In this document: positions 1 to 8,300 of the stretch, one piece after another
Layout: each line of letters starts with the position of its first letter
How positions within the stretch are numbered: position 1 is the first letter of the stretch
NCBI GenBank assembly: GCA_050737775.1
Contig: JBOHYH010000171.1
Coordinates: forward strand, 8,300 to 72,299
Origin: Arenimonas sp.
Lineage (GTDB): Bacteria > Pseudomonadota > Gammaproteobacteria > Xanthomonadales > Xanthomonadaceae
Reading direction: 5' to 3'
Length of the DNA: 64,000 bases
The notes under the pieces: generated by a model
Told to the model about the DNA's origin: nothing
The model's input: the letters and a program-made list of their open reading frames with translations, nothing else
Database searches by the model: none
Translations under genes and position numbers: made by a program

Positions 1-68
1 AAAAAAGCATCGTTTTGAAGCAATTTGCTCCGCTTTTTGTATTCGTCAAGCAAATCGTTATATTTCAT
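1..68 (-). CDS. 5' part of a gene running off the left edge (MKYNDLLDEYKKRSKLLQNDAF...)
   Basis: ATG at 68 preceded by GAGGTG; open to the window edge; follows the repeat at 74-154 as the other array genes do. Confidence 0.5.
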   Translation of the reverse strand, partial: MKYNDLLDEYKKRSKLLQNDAF

Positions 69-73
69 ATTCA

Positions 74-154
74 CCTCTAACAAAAAAATAGTATGCCGAT
101 GTGAAATTGGAATACAGGATACGCAAGGAGGCCACCCTGATCGCCTAATTAAAC
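74..154 (-). repeat. Intergenic cassette-type repeat, copy 1 (degenerate attC-like)
   Basis: Core 98-144 matches 1413-1459 at 35/47 nt ungapped; the stop codon of 149..742 lies in the R''-like heptamer GTTTAAT; R'-like GTTAGAG at 80-74. Confidence 0.7.
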
Positions 155-742
155 GCTGTTGCGGACATAGTCAATTTGTCTCGGGAGCTCGCCCCAAAAT
201 GCTGCCACAGTTTTAATGAGCAGCCGAAGTTGGTCCATTGAAATTGAAACTATTGGAAGATGGCTATTATCTTCAGGAACAAAGAAAAAATCAGGGTGAG
301 CCTTCATGGCAGCGTCAAATTTTTTGCTAGGGCCATGCTTAAAGGCATTTACAACCATCCTAGCCCTGTCTAGTTCAAGCCAGTACTCTTCAGGCGCTGA
401 CGCCTCGAAAGTATTTAAAAGCACTCTCTTTCCGTATTGAACAATGTTTTCATGCGAAGGTAAAGTTGGGATAGTTAGATCAGATCGTTCTTTTTGTTCG
501 AGAAACAGCTCTTGAAGCTGGCGCTCCCACATATGATACGTCGATACGAAACCAAGTACTCCAAGCTCCTGTTTTGCCCAGTCTTCCGCAATACTCCCAA
601 ATATTTCGTCTAAGGACTCTTGGCTGGCTTGTTGTTCAATTACAGGAAAAAGTAACCCAAAGAAAAGTGTTTCTTGATGATAAGCATGCACAGCTTTGAC
701 AGTTAAGCCATCATGTGGATATATGTAGGTTATCTTGGTCAT
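149..742 (-). CDS. Hypothetical protein, possibly HEPN-like
   Basis: 197-aa ORF; helical, with WERQL...ELDRARMVVNAFKHG reminiscent of HEPN N-x3-H motifs. Confidence 0.55.
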   Translation of the reverse strand: MTKITYIYPHDGLTVKAVHAYHQETLFFGLLFPVIEQQASQESLDEIFGSIAEDWAKQELGVLGFVSTYHMWERQLQELFLEQKERSDLTIPTLPSHENIVQYGKRVLLNTFEASAPEEYWLELDRARMVVNAFKHGPSKKFDAAMKAHPDFFFVPEDNSHLPIVSISMDQLRLLIKTVAAFWGELPRQIDYVRNSV

Positions 743-747
743 CTAGC

Positions 748-827
748 ACCCAAAAAAAAGTGTCTACTGCCGGATGTGAAACTCGAAAGCAGGTCTTTCA
801 CTGGGATCACCGGTTGTGCAGTTAGGT
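748..827 (-). repeat. Intergenic cassette-type repeat, copy 2 (degenerate attC-like)
   Basis: Core 773-819 matches copy 3 at 31/47 nt; canonical R'' ACCTAAC contains the TAA stop of 822..1376; actgc/gcagt inverted arms at 766-770 and 818-822. Confidence 0.7.
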
Positions 828-1376
828 GCCATGCTCGTGAAGAAAGCGCTCCAATGCCACGTTATTGTGACTATTGAAGCCCTCAACAATAAGGCCGTCT
901 TCTGGAGAATACAGTAAGCCCGCAAAGGGGTCGACGTCACTTGGGATATGAGGAATTGGAGCGTCGCTTCTTAAGCTCCCTTGTATATACATAGCGGCCC
1001 CATTGACTAGTCTTATAAGCGCGATTCCATGTGTACGCGCAAATTCGATTGCACCCTCTTGAAAGGCAGAAGTACTCACAAGAATTGCCTTATTGGCACC
1101 AAGAGACTGCTGTTTCTGATGCAGTATTTGCACTAACTCCCTCTTAATGGGGTTCTTATGCTTCTTACATTCAACTAGGGTCTTGAAATGAACTCCACCA
1201 AGTGCCTTAAAGCGTACAACAACATCTATCTCATAATCACCATCAGTGCCGCTGAGAATTTCACGATGAGTCACTGAAAATAAGTTTAGTTCGTCTCCGC
1301 AGGATTCAAACCATTTTTTTACTTGGATCTCATATTCTTCCGGCGTGATATTCGAGACACTTTGAAAATGTTTCAT
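822..1376 (-). CDS. Mrr-like (Mrr_cat) restriction endonuclease domain protein
   Basis: EIDVVV...LVECKKH...ILVSTSAFQEGAIEFA...IALI motif series; ATG at 1376 (the ORF track extends to 1388). Confidence 0.85.
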   Translation of the reverse strand: MKHFQSVSNITPEEYEIQVKKWFESCGDELNLFSVTHREILSGTDGDYEIDVVVRFKALGGVHFKTLVECKKHKNPIKRELVQILHQKQQSLGANKAILVSTSAFQEGAIEFARTHGIALIRLVNGAAMYIQGSLRSDAPIPHIPSDVDPFAGLLYSPEDGLIVEGFNSHNNVALERFLHEHGT

Positions 1377-1379
1377 GGG

Positions 1380-1469
1380 CCCCAACAACCAAAATAAGGT
1401 GCCGACGCACCGGATGTGAAATAAAAAAGCAGTTTACGCACTGAGGTCACCTTGATTGCGTAGATAGGC
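1380..1469 (-). repeat. Intergenic cassette-type repeat, copy 3 (degenerate attC-like)
   Basis: Core 1413-1459; acgca/tgcgt inverted arms at 1405-1409 and 1457-1461; R''-like GCCTATC and R'-like GTTGGGG. Confidence 0.7.
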
Positions 1470-1476
1470 TGCTCAT

Positions 1477-2007
1477 TCAAACTATGCCCGCTAAGCGCTG
1501 CATTCGCCAAAGGCCCATTGCTTCGCAATAAGCGACCTCATCTGGCCATGTTTTGAGTGCTTTAACGTATGGACTTTTGTACGAAGATTCACGCTCCAGG
1601 CAAAGACCGTCCTCAAATCCCCAAAGGCATGCCAAGCGATCAGCAAGAAACTCTTCTCCATAATTTCCTAGCTCTTTGTACTGCGGCATTGTATCCATAA
1701 GTGAGCAATGATGGGCATGGGCATGTCCAATCTCGTGAGCAAGAACGGCCTCCATGACTATAGGTTGAAGAGCATTAAATGTGGATTTATTAATGTGAAT
1801 AGTATTAGTCGATCTGCGGTATGCAGCACAGGTATCTCTCATGACTTGGCTTCGCTCGGCCTCCGGGAGGCCAGAAAAGTCTTGTTCAAGCACAACATGA
1901 ATGCTTAAGTTTTGGAGCTCCCGTACATGGGAAAGCTTGTGCTGAACATCTTGGCAAAGATGGACAAGACTTGAATCAGATGGAATTAATTTAATAGGAC
2001 TGAACAT
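1477..2007 (-). CDS. HExxH zinc metallopeptidase-like protein (M48 or ImmA/IrrE-like)
   Basis: VLAHEIGH followed by EEFLADRLA. Confidence 0.7.
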   Translation of the reverse strand: MFSPIKLIPSDSSLVHLCQDVQHKLSHVRELQNLSIHVVLEQDFSGLPEAERSQVMRDTCAAYRRSTNTIHINKSTFNALQPIVMEAVLAHEIGHAHAHHCSLMDTMPQYKELGNYGEEFLADRLACLWGFEDGLCLERESSYKSPYVKALKTWPDEVAYCEAMGLWRMQRLAGIV

Positions 2008-2032
2008 TTTTTAGCCTAGAAACTAGTTAACC

Positions 2033-2075
2033 CAAAAGCGGGGTGAAATAAGAGTATCCCGCTGTTCAGATCATG
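2033..2075 (-). repeat. Possible degenerate fourth copy of the cassette repeat
   Basis: cggggtgaaataa ... gatca resembles cggatgtgaaataa ... gatca with slightly shorter spacing; preceded by acccaaaa as in copy 2. Confidence 0.35.
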
Positions 2076-2315
2076 GGCAAGCTTAACTACCACTTTTATT
2101 GAAAGAGGATGCATATCAGTAGCTGAGCGGTGGCCCTGTAAACTGTTGTCCTTCCCATTAAAATTTACCCAACTCAACGACTCCATAAAAGGCCCACAAT
2201 AGCTGTGTACGCTATGTAATTTGTTGGTGTGTTCGGGTTAGGTCACTTGGTCCAGTCACTCTTTCCGTTGTAGTCTCGACCTTTGAGATTGAGGAAAGCT
2301 AGGGTGACTCTCTAT

Positions 2316-3290
2316 ATGAGCCAAGTTATATCCAGGGGCAAGGTACCGTTCGGACTGCGGGACGGTAAGCTGCACTACGTGTCAGCAGTAGAGACAGGTC
2401 TCGCCTGCCATTGCGTTTGTCCTGACCCTAACTGTGCAAGGCCGTTGGTTGCTCGCAATCGACCCTCACCGACACGACAACGCATTTCTTACTTTGCACA
2501 TGCATCTCAGAGCCCCGGTTGTGGCGGACGCGAGAGTGCCCTTCATCGAATGGGCAAAGAAATAGTGTCGCGTGCAACAAGACTCATGCTTCCGGCTTGG
2601 TCAGCTCTGGATAAAGAATTTTTGTTTGGGGCAACCATCGCAACGCTTGCTCCTGGAAGTGCACAAGAAGTGACATTGAGCGGCAATCAGATGCGGCCGG
2701 ACCTGAGGGTTATTGCATTGAGTGGCCAAGCTTTGATCCAAGCTCTCTATGTCGAGATCAAAGTCTCGCATGCTGTAGATTTGATTAAACGTCAGCGCGT
2801 TATCGCCCAAGGCATAACAATGTTGGAGATCGATCTGTCGGATGTTTCCGATGAAGACCTGCAAGACGAAGCCGCATTCGCTCGGCACGCCCTCGAATGT
2901 GCCGACAACCGGCACTGGATTCATATTGGAAACGGTGCATTTCTGGCAAGCATGCTTGGGCAACCTGTCATTCAGGTGGTTAACCAAGACGTTAGAGAAA
3001 AACGTGTTCCTACTAAAAGTGGAGGGCAGCTAATTCTTCAAGAACAAGCAATGGTGCAACATATACCAATGCAGGAAGCACCCACCCCATTTTTCGGAGA
3101 GCTTGCGAACTACGTAAAGGAAAAACAGCGCATTGATCGCTTCGGGAATCACCTTCCCTATTCGAAAGGCCTTTATGTTGTGGGTCGAGATTCTGGGAGA
3201 GGCTATCCCTACGATGACAGTCACTTCAAGACACAGCTTCGCCCTATAGTTCAAGACTCTTGGTGGAACGCACAGAAACCTCTCCTCTAA
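2316..3290 (+). CDS. CoiA-like nuclease (N-terminal Zn-finger plus PD-(D/E)xK domain)
   Basis: CHCVCPDPNC...YFAH...C...ESALH N-terminus; RPDL...LYVEIKVSHAVD nuclease motif. Confidence 0.7.
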   Translation: MSQVISRGKVPFGLRDGKLHYVSAVETGLACHCVCPDPNCARPLVARNRPSPTRQRISYFAHASQSPGCGGRESALHRMGKEIVSRATRLMLPAWSALDKEFLFGATIATLAPGSAQEVTLSGNQMRPDLRVIALSGQALIQALYVEIKVSHAVDLIKRQRVIAQGITMLEIDLSDVSDEDLQDEAAFARHALECADNRHWIHIGNGAFLASMLGQPVIQVVNQDVREKRVPTKSGGQLILQEQAMVQHIPMQEAPTPFFGELANYVKEKQRIDRFGNHLPYSKGLYVVGRDSGRGYPYDDSHFKTQLRPIVQDSWWNAQKPLL

Positions 3291-3362
3291 GTGGAATGAG
3301 GGGCCTTTTTCAAGAAAACAACTTACCTTTTTCGCTCGACTGCTACTTAATCTGTACTTCCT

Positions 3363-4847
3363 TCACTCAAGTCCGAGCGCCCGTCGCACATCTCGGCGAA
3401 TCGTGGCCTCTTCGCTATCGAGATTCACAGCTACTTCCGGCACCAATGCTTGGTTATTGCCACGCGTGCGGTTTCGCCACACCTTGACGGGCATGACGAA
3501 CCGATTGCCGCTAGGCATCTCTGAACTGCTACCGACCAGATATACGCTATCGGCACCGGTAGTCTCGCCCACATGCACTACGCCGGGGACCCGCAACACG
3601 ATATCGGCGAAATCTAGACATGCGCTGACGCAGTTGCTGTCGGTCAACAGCGCAACCTTAGCGTTGAAACGACGTAGGTGACCACACCTGGCGACGACAG
3701 CTTCACGCGTGATCATGTGCCCGGCATCTTGCTCTACCCAAATCTGTCCGGCAGTTTTTGCGGTGACTACCTTGTCGCGGAATGCGATGTCGTCGGCCAC
3801 ACGCGGGCTATCGGCACCGTATAATTTCTTATTTTCTTCGATGTTCAAACCCAGGAATTGAATCAGGTAATCGGACACTCGCCATTGCGCGTAGTACCGC
3901 GGTAGCGAATCGAGATCGGTTTGGTCAAACTCGAGGCCACCCGTGGCGGCTTCGAAAATATGATCGCCGATGCTACTGTCGCCACCCCGGTTGCCGCGCG
4001 AATCGAACACGATTGCGCGGATATAATGCAACTTCGCAAGTTCGGCGAGCATCGTGGCCAGTGCCTGCTGATCGTCTTTATTCAGATGAAAATTTCCGGC
4101 GCGGACCCACAATATGCCGTCGTTTAGCTCGAAGCTGTTCGCGGAAGGCGTTCCCGGCTTCCGGAGTTGCGACACCGTATCGAAGAATTGCTCGGTGTAA
4201 ATCGGCTGGTAGTTGACTGGCAATCGTATTGTGTCGCCGTTGGTCTTTTGGAACGTGCACTCGCGCAAGTTCTCCGCGACCGGCAGTTGCATCCACAACA
4301 AACCAACACGGTGATTTCGGCTTTGTTCGCCCGTACGCAAGTCGGAAAACGGCGCGATCCTAGTTTGCATGACTTGCTCGGCTGATAGCCCGTCACAAGC
4401 TATCCAGGTGGCGCTCACCGGTGGCAGTGGGACGGACCAATTAGGCAGTACGGCGGCAACCACGTAATGTCCGCCCTCCCATTTCACATGCCAGCCATTA
4501 ACAAAAATTGGGAAGTTCTCGCGAATATCATCCGAGTAAACCAGATGCCCGTCCTCGAAGCCTGCGGCGTAATAGCGCACCACCAACTTCGCCGTGTCGT
4601 AACTCACGATATACGGAAGGTAAGTCTTGGCCTGCTCATAGCCTTGCTCGACCCAGAGCTTGAATTCGGGATTCGCCGGATCGATGACGCCTGGATGCCC
4701 CTCGAGGATACGTGCACGCATTGCATCGAGATCGACACGGGCCATTGCCTGCCAACGGTCGGCGTCAAGCGGGGAAGTTGCACTCGTCGCACTGGCTGTG
4801 AACAAGGTCAGTGCTGCCAGAACAGTCTGCGTCAATCCATTTCGCAT
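3363..4847 (-). CDS. Secreted S41-family (tail-specific) peptidase
   Basis: Signal peptide; FDSRGNRGGDS, CVSACLDF, VHVGETTGA and P...W motifs. Confidence 0.8.
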   Translation of the reverse strand: MRNGLTQTVLAALTLFTASATSATSPLDADRWQAMARVDLDAMRARILEGHPGVIDPANPEFKLWVEQGYEQAKTYLPYIVSYDTAKLVVRYYAAGFEDGHLVYSDDIRENFPIFVNGWHVKWEGGHYVVAAVLPNWSVPLPPVSATWIACDGLSAEQVMQTRIAPFSDLRTGEQSRNHRVGLLWMQLPVAENLRECTFQKTNGDTIRLPVNYQPIYTEQFFDTVSQLRKPGTPSANSFELNDGILWVRAGNFHLNKDDQQALATMLAELAKLHYIRAIVFDSRGNRGGDSSIGDHIFEAATGGLEFDQTDLDSLPRYYAQWRVSDYLIQFLGLNIEENKKLYGADSPRVADDIAFRDKVVTAKTAGQIWVEQDAGHMITREAVVARCGHLRRFNAKVALLTDSNCVSACLDFADIVLRVPGVVHVGETTGADSVYLVGSSSEMPSGNRFVMPVKVWRNRTRGNNQALVPEVAVNLDSEEATIRRDVRRALGLE

Positions 4848-4958
4848 CGTTTACCTCAGGTAGCCAGTTGAAGCGGGGTCTTCGAAAGAAGCTCAATTGC
4901 GCGCCGGTTATTTGGCCGATAGATATTTAGACCATTAAAAACAAACAGCTTTGATTAC

Positions 4959-5357
4959 TCATTTTTGTTTTTCATATGAGTGCACTTCAAGTATTTCGAC
5001 ATTTCCAATCAGTTTCCCATCTTTTTCCGCAGTGAACTTTCCAGAAAAATCTATCTTAAATGGAGTTGCGGGATGATAGATATCGCCAAAGACTGCACGT
5101 CGAAACGCTTCAGTCTTGGCACTCATTAGCGGCATAGGGTTCAGAGCAACATCAGGACAATTTTTATCCACCAAGACCGAACCATGCATTCGATCTGGTA
5201 AATAAGTGGCTCGAATTCGAACAGTTGCTTGATTCAGGTCATTTGCATTTTCAGCCATATCACAAATAGTCATAACTTTTTGACTACTTGTGCAGCTACA
5301 GAGCAGCAATGTAGAGAAGCCATATGCAAAAAGTAATTTCATAGCTTTTATTTGCAT
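4959..5357 (-). CDS. Putative lipoprotein, candidate immunity protein of the RHS toxin
   Basis: Lipobox-like LLLCSC; overlaps the RHS stop by 10 nt; small gene directly downstream of the toxin tip. Confidence 0.65.
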   Translation of the reverse strand: MQIKAMKLLFAYGFSTLLLCSCTSSQKVMTICDMAENANDLNQATVRIRATYLPDRMHGSVLVDKNCPDVALNPMPLMSAKTEAFRRAVFGDIYHPATPFKIDFSGKFTAEKDGKLIGNVEILEVHSYEKQK

Positions 5358-8300
5358 CCTAAGCCTCCTTTAGCACAAGCGGAAGTTACGGAGCCTTGGG
5401 CACCGACAGCAATTGCAGCTTCACGCTGTGCTTGAGTCATCCCGGGCAAATTCAAATTTGTTGTAGTCCCTAGCGCTTGATTCAGAACTGATTCGATTCG
5501 ATTTGAATTAAATTCTGTCGAAAACCTTTCTTTTAAATCATTAGGAAAATAACTTGGGAAAAAGGACTCCTGTCTGTCGATCTCATGATTTACTTCATGT
5601 GATAAGACACTCGCGCCCAGTTCAGCTTCTAACTTTGACGACGATTTCCCTTTATTATGTGCACCTAAATCTTTCGCCCATTGTTTCACCTGTGCAATAT
5701 CAATAGTAATGTGTCCACCCGGCTTACTATCTGCCATACCGGTTTTCGGCGTTCCGGGATCGAACGTAATTCCATTCTTTGTCCACGGCTGTCCAATCAT
5801 TGCTGAAATTCTCGATAATCGGTTATAGCTTTGACTGCCCGGTTTCATTTTACTCAGACCCAGGTTAAGTGCGCTGACGTAAGAATCTACACTTCCGCAA
5901 TCCTGTGGCATACCACTGCACCAATACCTGCCGTCAGGGTCTGTGAATTTATACGGGTTGTCCGCCGCATACCAAAACCGATTGAAATTCGTCCCAGCAT
6001 TGAGATCAGTAGTGACCGGATCAGGTGATAAAAATCTACCGATCAGCGGATCATAATAGCGCTGTTGTGCATAAGTTAACCCCGTTAACGAGTCGGTGAC
6101 ATGCCCCGTATAGCCAGGCCCTTGGTCATACATTTGATCGCTTGGTTCGCCATAAGGCGTGTAACGTTCAATTCTGGTAATAGTGCCGGCTTGATCGGTG
6201 TACGCGACCGGGCTACCCAGCGAGTCGGTGTGTAAATAAGTATTAATGTAAGTAGTCGTTTGTGCGTTTGTACCCGTTAGAGCTGCACTGCGTTGTGCCA
6301 CTAGCCTTCCGTTCAAATAGACGAAATCGGTCTTTTTGTTACTTCGTGAATCATCTTCCGTAAGCAATTGTCCATTGAGATCGTAAACAGAATAATTGAT
6401 TTTGCCATCACTTAGACGTGTGGTTTTAACGCGCCTGCCATGCCCGTCGTAAATATAACTTTCTTTGCCGGTGACTTGTGTGACGCGATTCAGTGCGTCG
6501 TAAACCATCGGTTGGCGACCGCTTGTGGTATTACCGTTAGCGTCATAGCTAAATTGGTACACCGTGACCGGTTGTTCCGGAATTTGACAGCAAGGTGCTG
6601 CAACCGCCTGGGTCGTTACTGGTCCACTAGGATTGGCAGACCTTGACGATACAGGCGCGCTCGATCTGTTATTACTATTTGATGCTGTAGCGACTACAAC
6701 ACTTTGCTGCTGGCCTCCTCCGGGAGGGTCGTCTCCACCACCACCCGGCGGAGTACCACCGCCGCCTGGTGGTGTCGTGCCACCGCCACCTTCCGGACTG
6801 AGATCGCCAATATCGGTTGCCAATGCAAAGTTATCGCATGTGGGTAGTGAAGTGCTCGCCGTGGTCGTTGACTGGGGACCGGGCGATGTTCCAAATGGCT
6901 TCGTAATTTTTGAGAGACGGTTATTCGCATCGTAAACATACGAATGCACGCGATTACCCATCGTGTATCCGCGGATATTATCCAGCACGTCATAACTTGT
7001 ATTTGCATAGGCCCACCACTGACGAGGTGCGTTTGTATTCAACAAGCGATCCAGCCCATCGTATTGCATATCGCGATCACCACCATTGCCGCTTGCGTTA
7101 TCGCGAATACAACGGATATTGCTGTTTTCGTCAAAAGCGACACGCTCGTCTTGAAGTAACGCCGTTCCAAGGCTATCGCTACGCTCAGCCGATAGCCCAC
7201 GCAAATTCGGCAACTGGCGATGTACGGCAGTATTGCCATAGGTAAAACCCGTCATCGCACCATTGCTTCGATAGCTTACAGTCGTCGCGAAAGCTCCGGC
7301 CTGAGTTACTTGACCCAACGCATTCGGTGAATACGCTACTGCTAAATTACTCGGCAAGGTTAACTGATCCTCCACACCATCAGCGTTGTAGCGGTGGGCG
7401 ATAGTTTTAGTGCGACTATCTAACGTCAGAATTTCGGAGGTTGGGAGATTAAGTTTGTTATAGGCATAATTCCATACGACACCGCCGTTACTGAGAGTTT
7501 TCAGCAATCCGCCCGGCAAATAATCGTAGGCTAGATCGCTTGTACTGTTTGGCACATCCATCGTTTTAATTCGGTTGAGAGGATCGTAAGTCCGAATCAT
7601 TCTGGCCGATGCTGGCACAGCGTCGCGATCGCAAACATGGATATTAGCGACCGTTTGACCCGGCGCGGACCACAAGAGATTGCCTGCAGGGTCATAACTC
7701 ATCACCAATGTGCCCGTTTCCGGTTCTGTACGCTGACACAAACGGTGCTGCGCATCATAGACATAGTGACGACTGACGAAATCTCCACCACTCACAGCAC
7801 CCCGCGAGATTGAGAGGGGTTTGCCAAAAAGATCGCGAGTAAAGATAGTCAACGCATCTTCTGGCGATTCAATACTCACCGGCAAACTCGTATCAGGCGT
7901 ATCCCATGCCATAAAGCTGGTGGTTGTACTGAAAAGCTTGGGATTGGTAGTTTTAATCAGAAAGCCGGGCAAATATTCTTTGCTGGTAACAAGCACACCC
8001 AGCTCGGAATCTTGTTTGATTTGGGTAACGCGACCTAGATCATCATATTGCGTGCGAGTGCCTTGGGTAATTAAATCGCCTTTACCAGGATAAGAGGCAA
8101 ACACCACACGCCCCTCGCCATCGTAGGACGTTCTGGAGAATCGTTGCGTGCTGAGGATGTTGGCATTGTCGTACTCCCGTTTAACCACGGGACGCCACAT
8201 CGCATCGAAATATGTTTCAGACCGGGAATTGCCGACGCTGATCATCTGCTTCCACGCACCCGCAGGAAGGCCATACGCGGGGGTGGCAAGTTTGTCGAAA

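Noticed and set aside
74-1469. CRISPR array or CRP/Clp-site reading of the repeated TGTGAAA motif
   Set aside because: The intervening segments are whole genes and the repeats are too divergent for CRISPR; only one TGTGA half-site is present, without TCACA at the right spacing
2167-2246. GTTGGGT/GTTAGGT heptamers as attI or a fifth repeat
   Set aside because: Seven-base matches are expected by chance, and the conserved core is not convincingly present
3363-4847. S41 peptidase as a dedicated RHS-processing enzyme
   Set aside because: RHS proteins autocleave, the gene has its own intergenic leader, and its composition differs from the RHS pair; there is no evidence beyond adjacency
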